From the NCBI GenBank assembly GCA_963818965.1, contig CAWFUG010000012.1, forward strand, positions 32,001 to 96,000: DNA of 64,000 bases. The letters are read 5' to 3'. Within the stretch, counting starts at the first letter, position 1. Each line of letters opens with the position of its first letter. The position numbers and the translations under genes are program-made. Under the pieces are notes generated by a model. The model worked only from the letters and a program-made list of their open reading frames with translations, made no database searches and was not told the DNA's origin. Origin of the DNA: an uncultured Verrucomicrobiae bacterium. Lineage in GTDB: Bacteria; Chlamydiota; Chlamydiia; Chlamydiales; Rhabdochlamydiaceae. Positions 30,904-40,794 of this stretch are shown here, piece by piece.

Positions 30904-30917
30904 AGGTTATTAGGGGC

Positions 30918-31289
30918 TTATCCCCACCGACAAGCCTCGTCAAAACCTGAGGCTTGAACGGCTATTGTCATTTTTTTCTGTTCCAATCCTTCGAGCTGAG
31001 TGCTGCACAGAAGTCTACCTCCTGTGGTTTTACTCACAACCTCGTTGATCTTTTTTAACTCTTCGCAGCAACGCGTTAAGCTCCAGTCTGGAGAGACCCT
31101 AATCTCCCAGGGAAAATGAAACACATCTTTTCCCTTTAAGACAGAGCTTACCTCTGTCAAACAAACACGGACAGCGCAGCTCCAATCCTTGCAGACAAGG
31201 CGAAACCGAAGATTTTGCGGATCTGTTTTACGCACGATTTCCCAGACCATTTCTGGGGGTAAATTTGAAAAAGTAACTTGACTACTCAT
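30918..31289 (-). CDS. Short F-box-like protein
   Basis: FSNLPPEMVWEIV...FRLVCKDW; AGGAG RBS. Confidence 0.75.
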   Translation of the reverse strand: MSSQVTFSNLPPEMVWEIVRKTDPQNLRFRLVCKDWSCAVRVCLTEVSSVLKGKDVFHFPWEIRVSPDWSLTRCCEELKKINEVVSKTTGGRLLCSTQLEGLEQKKMTIAVQASGFDEACRWG

Positions 31290-31391
31290 ATAAAAAATCT
31301 CCTAAATAAAAAATTTAAATAAAAACTATGCAGCCCAAAAAATAGGGGGATGCAAAAAAACAAACTTAAAAACTAAAGAAAAAAGGGAATA

Positions 31392-31490
31392 TTAATAGAT
31401 ATAATAAGAACGGAAGGAAGGAACAGAAACGAACAGAGCGCGATCTGACAGAGCAGAAAGCAACGGTTTAAAGTTTAACTGAACACACAT
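31392..31490 (-). CDS. Putative 32-aa peptide
   Basis: GGAGG 5 nt before the ATG; MCVQLNFKPLLSALSDRALFVSVPSFRSYYIY. Confidence 0.4.
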   Translation of the reverse strand: MCVQLNFKPLLSALSDRALFVSVPSFRSYYIY

Positions 31491-31682
31491 AAATACCTCC
31501 TATGGTTGTGCTCACGACAGTGATTCTATCAAACAGGGAGTGTTTTTTTACAGAAAAATCTTCCTCACTTCGAATAGCAATAACATCTATCTGAAAGTAA
31601 GCATTTTAAGAATACTTATAAATATGTAGACAAAATAAAATAAATTAATTATACAAACAAATAAAACAAAACAGTAAGAGCT

Positions 31683-33035
31683 ATGAGCCGGTTTTATTTA
31701 GGACAGGAAATAAAAACTTCGTTGCAACAAAGTCAGCAACTAATGATGAATTTAGCGATGAGACAGGCTCTTCACGTCCTTCAACTGCCCCAAATAGAGC
31801 TCGCCGAGTGGTTAGTACAAGAGATTGAAGCCAATCCGATTTTAGAAATCGACTTCCCCGAGGAGCCGTTTAAGGAATCCCTAAACCAGGGTTCCTATCT
31901 CTTATCCGATAAGGTCCAACAAGAGGCTGAGAGGCGTAAAAGGGACCATCAGGAGAGCATGCTCAAGGCAAACGTCTCTCTGTACGAACATTTAATGCAA
32001 CAAGCGCCCCTCGTCTTTGAAAATGCGGCAGATCTACAGCTAGCGGAGTGGATCATCGGCCATTTAAATGAAAAAGGGTTCTTAGACGTTCCCCTTTCTG
32101 AGCTCGCAGGACCCGTTCCCTTGTGCCGGTTAGAGGCGATTTTAAAGCAGGTCCAGACTTTCGATCCTCCAGGCATCGCTGCCACTTCTTTAAGAGAATC
32201 TCTACTCCTCCAGCTCGATCTATCTCTTAAAAAAGCCCCCCTTGCCAAAAAGATCCTCTCTGAGCATTTCGATGATCTACTTCACAATCGACTCTCCAGT
32301 ATTGCCAAACACCTCAAGGAGGATGTGGCGCAAATCGCAAAGGTGATTAAAGAAGATATACTTCCGCTCGATCTCCATCCGGGATATCGGTTTTCAGCCC
32401 AGCCTATCTCAGCGATCGTCCCCGATCTCTTTTTTCTCCACCACGATGGCAAATGGAAGGTGGAGGTCAACACCTCTTATCTTCCGAGCTTTCATATCGC
32501 ACACACCTATTCCCAGGCGCTGCAAAACAGCTCTTTAAAAAAAGAGGAGCTCTTTTACCTCCGCAGGCAGCTAACAGGGGGGAGATGGTTAAAGAAAATC
32601 GTCCGCCGCAGGAGTGAGACGTTAATCGCTATCGGCAATTTCATCTTAAAGACGCAAATGCCCTTTTTTAATCATGAGTCAAAGAGCTTGATTTCGATAA
32701 CCATGCAACAAGCAGCTTCTGAACTTGACATTCACGAATCTACTGTCGCACGGGCTGTCGGGAACAAATACGTCGCCTGTCCAGAGGGGCTTTTTTCCTT
32801 AAGAGCCTTCTTCAGTCAAGGCATCTCGACACAAAGTGGAGAAAAGATGTCCAACCACTCCGCTAAAGAGATTCTCAAAAAGATGATCGCAGTAGAAGAT
32901 CGGCACGCCCCCCTTTCTGATGAAGCTCTTTCGCTTCAATTCAAAAAACGGGGGATCCATTGCGCGCGCCGAACCGTCGCCAAATACCGCTCTACCCTCA
33001 GGATCGCCCCCGCCTCACAGCGTAAAAAATTCTAG
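31683..33035 (+). CDS. rpoN: RNA polymerase sigma-54 factor
   Basis: Gln/Leu-rich region I, HESTVARAV, RpoN box ARRTVAKYR. Confidence 0.97.
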   Translation: MSRFYLGQEIKTSLQQSQQLMMNLAMRQALHVLQLPQIELAEWLVQEIEANPILEIDFPEEPFKESLNQGSYLLSDKVQQEAERRKRDHQESMLKANVSLYEHLMQQAPLVFENAADLQLAEWIIGHLNEKGFLDVPLSELAGPVPLCRLEAILKQVQTFDPPGIAATSLRESLLLQLDLSLKKAPLAKKILSEHFDDLLHNRLSSIAKHLKEDVAQIAKVIKEDILPLDLHPGYRFSAQPISAIVPDLFFLHHDGKWKVEVNTSYLPSFHIAHTYSQALQNSSLKKEELFYLRRQLTGGRWLKKIVRRRSETLIAIGNFILKTQMPFFNHESKSLISITMQQAASELDIHESTVARAVGNKYVACPEGLFSLRAFFSQGISTQSGEKMSNHSAKEILKKMIAVEDRHAPLSDEALSLQFKKRGIHCARRTVAKYRSTLRIAPASQRKKF

Positions 33036-33794
33036 GAAAATCTGACGCCAACGGATGCTGTGAAGGGTGGTCTCTTCTTTTTGGTAGGAGAGCATCGCTT
33101 CGAGAATTTCAGAAGAGGAAGCTTTTGCAAATTTCTGAATTTCTGCGTCTGTAAGACGGATAGCCATAGACAGAGGGTCTTTTCCTTCTCTAATGATCTC
33201 TTTTAAATTTGCCAGACACTTCTGAAAAGTTCTTTGTAGAACAAAAAGTCTTAACGAACATCCCGCGATAAAGAGAATGGGTAAAAAGAGAAAATAAAAG
33301 CCTCCTATATCCCAGTCGAAGAGAATTTCTGTTAGAGCCAAGGACCAACTGAAGAGGACGAAAGAGAGGAAAACTTTCGGTTCATAAGTTTTGAGAAAAA
33401 GAGGCCCTAAATAGCGCCTGATGGGATGAGAGGCAGTTTGATACGCCAAAATCTCTTCAAAATAGGGTTCCTCAAACCCCATCCGCACTGCATGGACCAT
33501 TTCATGGGCGAGGACTGAGCTTTTGGAGTGTCTGGGATGGATCTGAATCTGACAGTCGATCTTTCCCTGTTCCAACTCTTCGATCCACGTCGCTGCTGCC
33601 TCCCAAAGATGGAGATTTTTAGAGCTCTTTTGGATCTTAATCCAGTGGGGGGTCATTTGGAAAAGAGAGGGAACAAGCGCGTCTGAAGAAATAGAACCAC
33701 TCTCCGCGCGTTGCAAAAACCCAGAAACTGATTCTCTCGGGCCGGGGAAAATCCCATATTCTCCCCACCTCAATAGCTCCCTGTCTGAAATCAC
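33015..33794 (-). CDS. Membrane protein with HExxH motif (putative Zn metalloprotease)
   Basis: LAHEMVHAVR...FEEILA, followed by two TM segments. Confidence 0.6.
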   Translation of the reverse strand: MISDRELLRWGEYGIFPGPRESVSGFLQRAESGSISSDALVPSLFQMTPHWIKIQKSSKNLHLWEAAATWIEELEQGKIDCQIQIHPRHSKSSVLAHEMVHAVRMGFEEPYFEEILAYQTASHPIRRYLGPLFLKTYEPKVFLSFVLFSWSLALTEILFDWDIGGFYFLFLPILFIAGCSLRLFVLQRTFQKCLANLKEIIREGKDPLSMAIRLTDAEIQKFAKASSSEILEAMLSYQKEETTLHSIRWRQIFLEFFTL

Positions 33795-34900
33795 TCTTCA
33801 CCTGGTTGGAACCGATTCGACTCCGCTATCTTGCGAGAGATGCACCTGTTTATCCAAACGCCTAATCCGATCAAACCGATGAAATTCAAGACGACACTCA
33901 TTCCAAGATAGAGCAGCAACCGGTTACTTTTTTTGCTGAGGAGCATCAGCCGCTCGCGCACCATCTTTTCAAAGGGGGACTCCGTCTCATGCCACGTACC
34001 GGCATACTTGTGCTGCGCATAGATCGCCAGCTCCTCTTTAGGAGCGTCGAAGAAGTAGGCGGGAAAGACGATATCGCGATTACCGTCTTGGTTGTTCGCT
34101 TCTCGAAATGCCTCTGCGAACAGCCAAAAGGTGCGGTGCAATACGCGATTGAGCGTCGTATCGCGATCGACCCCAGGATAGTCCGCTTGAATCTGATCCC
34201 ATTTCTCTGCGACAGAGTGTCTATAGGCCTGCAAAATGGGGTGATGAGGACGCGCGCCGATGAGATTATTCGTCGTATGCACACAAGAGGACAAGCTGCT
34301 CGTATGCGGCATATCGATGCCGCAGTAAAAATCAAAAGTCTCATTGAGAGGCGCGAACGATTTTAAGCATTTGACATCGTGATCGACATACACTCCCCCC
34401 TCTTGGTAGAGAATCACGCAACGGAGCAGATCTGATTTCTCTGCATAATTATCCGCCTTTGCAAAGCAACCCTGCAAGTCGTCCAACTCTAAATCATGCA
34501 CCCACCTCAGCTGCATCCCAGGACACGGCAAAGGGCGAGCCTGATCGGTCCAAAAACAAAAGGTCCAATCGGGATTTTTCGCCATCCACGTCCGCACATT
34601 TTCCACCGACTCCAAAGGGAAAGGACGAGGGCCCAACCAGATGAAGTGGACGACTTTGGGAATATGCATCTCTTTGTGTGAAAGAGACAGCAACCCCTTG
34701 TTTGAATCGTAGATCCCCTCATAAAGCCTAAGCGCTTCAAAATCCTGTTTAGTTTGCACATACTGCCAAGAGGGGAGCTCCTTTCCCGTAAGACTTGCAA
34801 AATCATCGGAAGAGGGTTTCTGGTACGTCTTTTTCTTAGCGCATCCAAATCCCAAAAACAAACAAGCCAAGATTAATAGCCTTACGATCAATAGTCTCAT
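33791..34900 (-). CDS. GT32 (DxD sugar-binding) glycosyltransferase, lipoprotein-like signal, C-terminal TM
   Basis: IPKVVHFIWLGP, SDLLR, GGVYVDHD; LGFGC lipobox-like. Confidence 0.85.
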   Translation of the reverse strand: MRLLIVRLLILACLFLGFGCAKKKTYQKPSSDDFASLTGKELPSWQYVQTKQDFEALRLYEGIYDSNKGLLSLSHKEMHIPKVVHFIWLGPRPFPLESVENVRTWMAKNPDWTFCFWTDQARPLPCPGMQLRWVHDLELDDLQGCFAKADNYAEKSDLLRCVILYQEGGVYVDHDVKCLKSFAPLNETFDFYCGIDMPHTSSLSSCVHTTNNLIGARPHHPILQAYRHSVAEKWDQIQADYPGVDRDTTLNRVLHRTFWLFAEAFREANNQDGNRDIVFPAYFFDAPKEELAIYAQHKYAGTWHETESPFEKMVRERLMLLSKKSNRLLLYLGMSVVLNFIGLIGLGVWINRCISRKIAESNRFQPGEE

Positions 34901-35922
34901 GTGCGTCTCCTCAGAAGCGTGCAGAAAAAAATGAGGTTCATCCCCACTAGTACTTTGAGAAAGAGTGCCAAGTTTTTATTTTTTTGAGCAACTTTTCCCA
35001 AAGATTTTTCCACTTTTTTTTCGAAAAGGGATTTTTTGTCCTTAGACTCATCCCACGCTGTCGCATAAAAATGCTGCGAGTAAAGAGAAGGAATTCCCGA
35101 CTTTGAGAAAAAATAGGCAGCCGGCAATAGGATATCGACATTGCCTTTCTGGTCGATCGTCTCAAATAGAGAGTCTGAGAGCGCGATGTAAGTGCGTTGC
35201 ATGACGACCTCAGCGCGGGAATAATCATCTCTTCCTCGGTACCGCGCCCCAATCGCATCCCATCTTTCTGCAATGAGATCGAGCACTTTTTCCACAGTCG
35301 GGTGGTGGGAGCGGGAACCGATCACTCCATTGCCGCAGGTGATGTTCCTGCCGACAAAGGGCTCGTGGGGCGTCTCTAGACAACAAAATAAGTCAAAACC
35401 CCGATGCATCCCCTCAAAAGGACGCAGACAGTTGGCATCGTGATCGACATAGACACCCCCTTGATCATAGAGAATCTCATATCGCAGAATGTCTGATTTT
35501 TCTCCCCAATTCGCAGACTCCTCATAACATCTCTCGAGTTTGGCAAAGGAAAAATCGGAGACCAAAATCGTCTCCATTCCCTCACAGGGAGGTTCCCTCT
35601 CTCGATCTGTCCAAAATTTCACCTTCCACTCTGGATTTTGAGCGATCCAGGTACGGACGTTTTCAACTGATTGGGGCGGAAAAGAGCGAGGCCCTAGCCA
35701 AATGAAATGGATGACAGGGGGGATCTTATAAGATGTGGCTTCTGAAAACTGCTCCTTTTCGTTCTTCTCATACAGCGCTTTTGCTAGCTGGAGAAATGCG
35801 AGATCTTTAGGCTGCGATACAAAGCGAAAATGGGGCGTCTCTTTCCCCATGAGCTGGTAGAAATCCTCAGACTCTCCAAAGAGCGCGGCCAGCGGAAAAA
35901 GCAAAAGGAGAAGTGTTTTCAC
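34897..35922 (-). CDS. GT32 glycosyltransferase, signal peptide, C-terminal TM
   Basis: IPPVIHFIWLGP, SDILRYEIL, GGVYVDHD. Confidence 0.85.
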   Translation of the reverse strand: MKTLLLLLFPLAALFGESEDFYQLMGKETPHFRFVSQPKDLAFLQLAKALYEKNEKEQFSEATSYKIPPVIHFIWLGPRSFPPQSVENVRTWIAQNPEWKVKFWTDREREPPCEGMETILVSDFSFAKLERCYEESANWGEKSDILRYEILYDQGGVYVDHDANCLRPFEGMHRGFDLFCCLETPHEPFVGRNITCGNGVIGSRSHHPTVEKVLDLIAERWDAIGARYRGRDDYSRAEVVMQRTYIALSDSLFETIDQKGNVDILLPAAYFFSKSGIPSLYSQHFYATAWDESKDKKSLFEKKVEKSLGKVAQKNKNLALFLKVLVGMNLIFFCTLLRRRT

Positions 35923-36879
35923 TTAAAACCTCCTCTTTCTAAAAAAAAGGATCCCAAGACAGAGATTAAAACCCGTTAACCCCAAAATGATCCCCAAATT
36001 CTGCGTCTGATCCTTTGTTATCCGCAACAACAGCTCTTCTACCTTCATTTCTGCCTCAGAACTGCGCGTGTACCACGTGCCTAAATGGCTGTGTCGCGCG
36101 TACTGACCTTCCCCCTTCTCTTGTAAACTGAAGAAATGGGGAGGAAATACGACATCACAGCGCCCTTCCTGGCCGTGCGATTCTCTGATCCCCATATCCA
36201 GCGCGCGAAAACTGCGGTGCTGCACGCGATTGAAAAGAGCAGAAGAGTCTCCTCCTGGATATACCCTCTCCAATCGATCCCATTCCCTCTGGAGCCATTC
36301 GATCGCCGATCTCAAAATGGGATGAGACGGTGCAGCACCGACGAGATGGGGGGAAGGGTTAACCGAAGAGCTCAAGACAGTAGTACCGAAACGCTCCATG
36401 CCGCAAAAAAAATCGCAAGATGTCTGAATCGGATCAATGGCTCGCAAACACTCTACATCGTGGTCAACGTAGACACCGCCTTCGCTCGAAAGGACAGCGT
36501 AGCGCAATAAAAGCGAACGCTCCCCGAAGTTGTCGCACTGAAAGTATTGATCTTCCAGTCTCGTTAAAGGAAAATCTTTAAAGAAGAGTGTCTTTGCCCC
36601 CAAACCGGAAAGAGCCTCTTTCCCATCTGTCCAAAATTTAACTGTCCAATCGGGATGCAAGCGGATCCAGCCCTGGATATTTTTCACCGAATCAGAGGTT
36701 AAAGGCTTGGGGCCCAACCAGATAAAGTGAAGTGTCTTCGGGATGGTTCCTCTTTCTGGTCCCTCTTTTTGTCTTAAACTATTGTAGAACTCCAGTCGCT
36801 GTACATCTTCAAGTGTCTGTATATAATCGGCATGGACACAAAAAGAAAGCGTCAAAAAAAGAATAATAAAACGTTTCAT
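35923..36879 (-). CDS. GT32 glycosyltransferase, signal peptide, C-terminal TM
   Basis: IPKTLHFIWLGP, SLLLRY, GGVYVDHD. Start set at MKRFII. Confidence 0.85.
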   Translation of the reverse strand: MKRFIILFLTLSFCVHADYIQTLEDVQRLEFYNSLRQKEGPERGTIPKTLHFIWLGPKPLTSDSVKNIQGWIRLHPDWTVKFWTDGKEALSGLGAKTLFFKDFPLTRLEDQYFQCDNFGERSLLLRYAVLSSEGGVYVDHDVECLRAIDPIQTSCDFFCGMERFGTTVLSSSVNPSPHLVGAAPSHPILRSAIEWLQREWDRLERVYPGGDSSALFNRVQHRSFRALDMGIRESHGQEGRCDVVFPPHFFSLQEKGEGQYARHSHLGTWYTRSSEAEMKVEELLLRITKDQTQNLGIILGLTGFNLCLGILFFRKRRF

Positions 36880-36905
36880 AGGCCTTGAGATTACATCCAA
36901 ACAAT

Positions 36906-37880
36906 TTAATAAACAACATTTTCATTTCTTAAGATCTCATTCATCCTAGCGTTCACCCAATCAAAATCGAACTGTTTCTCTTTAAACTGCAAATAGTGGT
37001 CTCGGATGGCCACATTCAATATGAGCGCCGTATTTGTATACCACTGATTGTCCCATAGGGCTAAATGGGTATACAGAGTCAGATAGTCATAAGGGTCTTG
37101 AGAAATTTTGTACGGAAACTCCTTGAGATTATGGACGAGATCTTGTCTGACAAAGGTGAGATTTCCCGTATAGGAAACAGGGATATACCCCTTCGTAAGA
37201 CCTAGTCGCACTGTTGAGATAAAACTAGAACCTGCGCCCACTTTTCCTGGGAACCATTCCCGCAGCGGATCGATGCGGTACTCTTTTTGGGGAGCGCTTG
37301 GAAGCTCTTCAATAATAGGATCTCTATAGGGATTTGTCTCAATGATGACAATTTTCGGAGAAAATTCAGTTAACTTTTCCCAGACGTAATAGTCGTCACA
37401 ATCGATATCAATGGAGAGAATGTCTAGGTCATAAGGCAATTGTCCTCTTTTGAGCCAGGCATTCAGATCGTTTTTAGCATCTTTGTAATCTACAGCCCCT
37501 TGAAAGACCCGTACATTGGGAAAATCCCGATAATTAATTGCACACTCTTGCGCTTTAGATGCATCTAATTCAATGGCTATCCCAGTGAAGCCATAATTTT
37601 TAATCAAGTTGTAGGTATTGCTAGAGTAGATCCCGTTATGGGCGCCAAACTCACAAAAAGTTCCCCGCGTGATGTGCAGCTCTGCTAACAGCTGTTGTAA
37701 AATCCCGTCCTCCCCATTTTGGGGGTAGATGTTCTTGCAATATTGATGATATGTGTTGTCCGGTAACTCATAGTGAAACGGGAGGATATTATCTGTCGGA
37801 AAAGGGTCGAACAGTGCTGAGTGGACACCAATGACTGCACCTAAAACCACTACAAAAAAAAATCGAATTACGCTTGTCAT
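36906..37880 (-). CDS. FkbM-like SAM-dependent methyltransferase, N-terminal hydrophobic signal
   Basis: PQNGEDG, CEFGAHNG..SNT, DILSIDID, PKIVIIE. Confidence 0.75.
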   Translation of the reverse strand: MTSVIRFFFVVVLGAVIGVHSALFDPFPTDNILPFHYELPDNTYHQYCKNIYPQNGEDGILQQLLAELHITRGTFCEFGAHNGIYSSNTYNLIKNYGFTGIAIELDASKAQECAINYRDFPNVRVFQGAVDYKDAKNDLNAWLKRGQLPYDLDILSIDIDCDDYYVWEKLTEFSPKIVIIETNPYRDPIIEELPSAPQKEYRIDPLREWFPGKVGAGSSFISTVRLGLTKGYIPVSYTGNLTFVRQDLVHNLKEFPYKISQDPYDYLTLYTHLALWDNQWYTNTALILNVAIRDHYLQFKEKQFDFDWVNARMNEILRNENVVY

Positions 37881-37961
37881 CTATTTCCCTCTAGAAAAAA
37901 TTTGAAAGAGTATTAGAGCCTAAACTGCCAAGAACAGTCAAGGAAAAATTTCATTAAGACA

Positions 37962-38028
37962 GCGCCCGGTCAGGAATTGCGAATTTGAATTTTTGATCAG
38001 CTCCTGCAATTCCTCACCGGGCGCAGTA
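37962..38028. repeat. ERIC-like element, arm type D, core deleted
   Basis: GCGCCCGGTCAGGAATTGC...GCAATTCCTCACCGGGCGC; same arm as the 62065..62146 copy. Confidence 0.8.
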
Positions 38029-38175
38029 GGGATTCTTCAGGAGGAAAACGGCGTACCGCCACAGAATTCTCTTGATTTTGTGGGGTATTCCCTTTAATCT
38101 GCCATTTTTGCGTGTTTTTTATACCTCGTTTTTATACAACTAATCGTGTACTTCTCACCATTGAGGAATTAGTAA

Positions 38176-40769
38176 ATGGCCAAGACACTTCATCATCGTC
38201 GAGTCTCCTTCAAAAATGAAGACCCTAAAAAAATTTTTGGGGCCCAATTATATTTTTGAATCTTCGATCGGGCATATCCGAGACCTGCCTCAAAAGGGTT
38301 TTGGGATCGATGTCGAAAACGATTTTGAACCCACCTATGCCATCCTGCCCGACAAGAAAGACGTGATCGCTAAACTAAAAAAAGCGGCTAGCCAAGTCGA
38401 TATGGTCTACCTTTCCCCTGACCCCGACCGCGAAGGAGAAGCCATCGCGTGGCACATCGCCTCAATCCTCCCTAGTGGAACGAAATACCAACGGGTCACT
38501 TTCAATGCCTTCACTAAAGAGTCGGTATTAGAAGCTTTAAAACATCCGCGCGAGATCGATCAGTCCCTCGTCGACGCACAACAGGCGCGCCGTCTTCTAG
38601 ACAGGATCGTAGGCTACAAAATCTCCCCGATTCTAACCCGCAGAGTACAAGGGGCGCGCGATGGGGGCCTTTCCGCTGGAAGGGTGCAATCGGTCGCTCT
38701 TAAACTCGTCGTCGATCGAGAAAAAGAGATCGAAGCCTTCGTCCCTGTCGAATACTGGAATATCCAAGCCTCTCTTCAAGGGAAGAAAAATCAGAATTCC
38801 TTTTTCGCGTTTCTCCATTCTGTAAATGGGAAAAAGGTGGAAAAGGAAGCTATTCCTGGAAAAGAGTGCTTTCTCATTTCCGACGAGAAGACGGCACGAG
38901 AGGTCGTCGAAAAATTACAAAATTCTAGCTATACCGTCCAATCGGTTGAAAAAAAGGAAAAGAAACGCAACCCCGTTGCCCCCTTTATCACTTCGACGCT
39001 CCAGCAAGAAGCGAGCCGCCACTATGGATTTTCCGCATCCCGTACGATGAATATCGCTCAAGGGCTCTACGAAGGGATCGATTTGGGCAACGTGGGAACA
39101 GAGGGTTTGATCACCTATATGCGTACCGATTCTGTCCGGATCGCGCCTGAAGTGCTTCCGCTCGCTCGTGCCTACATCCAAAAAACTTATGGAAAAGAGT
39201 TCCTCCCCGCCGAAGGAAAGCAGTATCTTCGAAAAAGAGCGCTCAAGATGCGCACGAAGCGATCCGGCCAACAAACTTGGAACACTCCCCTGAAAAAATC
39301 AAAGAATACCTCACCGTCGATCAGTTCAAACTCTACCAATTGATCTGGAGGCGTTTTTTAGCCTCGCAGATGAATCCTGCGATTTACGACACAGTCTCTT
39401 GTGACATCAGACAAATCAAGACATGATGCTCCGAGCGACGGGATCTGTCATCAAGTTCTCTGGGTTTTTAGCTGTCTACGAAGAAAAAGAAGATAGGACG
39501 GAAGGAGAAGAAAAGGAGGGACAAGATAAGATTTTACCTCCTCTAGACGAAGGGCAATTGCTCCAACTGCTCGAGGTCCAATCGGATCAGGCCTTTACGC
39601 GTCCCCCTCCCCGTTTTACAGAAGCTTCGCTGGTAAAAGAGCTAGAAAAATCGGGAATCGGGCGCCCGTCGACCTACGCGTCGATCATGGGTAAGATCCA
39701 GAGCCGTGACTACACGACAAAGGAAAAAGGGACACTCAAACCCACAGAGTTAGGATGCGTCATCGCGCGGATGCTCGAAGATAGCTTCCCGATGATCATG
39801 GATGTCGGATTTACAGCAGCGATGGAAGATGAGCTCGAGTTCGTGGCTGAGCATCAAAGAGAGTGGAAGGAAATCATCCGCGACTTTTGGAAAAAATTCA
39901 TCCCCTTCGTCGAAACGGCGGAAAAGGATGCGTTCGTCCCAAAGTCGAAACAGATATCACTTGTCCCGACTGCGGCCACAAATTGCAAAAAATCTGGTCT
40001 CGTAGGAAATATTTCTACGGCTGCTCCAACTTATCCAGAATGTAAATTCACAGCTCCTATAGAAGCGCTCGATTTCAAAAAAGAAGATTACGATCCCAAT
40101 TTCGATTGGGATCAGCACTGTCCCAAATGCGGCAGCGCCATGAAAGTGCGGTACGGACGATTTGGCGCGTTTTTAGGGTGCACGAACTACCCTGAATGTC
40201 GCGGGATCGTCAATATCCCCAAAAAAGATGACATCCCCGCAAAAGAGATGCCGACTTGCCCCGCATTGGGTTGTGATGGGAAGATGGCCCAGAGGCGTTC
40301 GCGCTTTGGAAAACCCTTCTTCTCCTGTTCGAATATCCCGATTGCGACGTCATCGTCAATAACCTCGAAGACCTAGAAGAGAAGTACCAAGACCACCCTA
40401 AAACACCCTATGTCGCTAAACCTAAAAAAGGGGGAAAGAAAGGCGCCGCTACAAAAGCAGAAAAGGGAAAAACAAAAGCTAAAACAAAGCTAAAGCGGGC
40501 ACCAAAGCTAAAGCAAAACCCAAAACTGCTGCAAAAAAACAAGCAGGGTAAAACTCTCTCCCGAACTACAAAAAATCGTCGGAGAAGCAGAGCTTTCACG
40601 CCCTGAAGTGGTAAAAAAAGTCTGGGACTACATCAAAGAACATAAGTGCCAAGACCCAAAAAAGAAGCGGATGATCGTGCCCGATGAAAACCTAGCCAAA
40701 GTCTTCGGCTCCAAAACACCGATCGATATGCTTCAACTCGCCGGCATCTTGAGCAAACATCTCGGGTAA
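38176..40769 (+). CDS. topA: DNA topoisomerase I with zinc ribbons and SWIB domain; multiple frameshifts in this sequence
   Basis: MAKT/LIIVESP, DPDREGE, SAGRVQS, LITYMRTDS, AQDAHEAIRPT, GIGRPSTY, C4 ribbons and SWIB (VVKKVWDYIK). Frame changes near 38190, 39227, 39408, 39941, 40030, 40335 and again around 40500-40550. Confidence 0.93.
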
Positions 40770-40794
40770 AAATGAGGGGATAGTGCGTTGTGAA

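Noticed and set aside
39220..40550. Programmed frameshifting or a split topA
   Set aside because: Too many indels in both directions and no slippery-site pattern; assembly error is more parsimonious.
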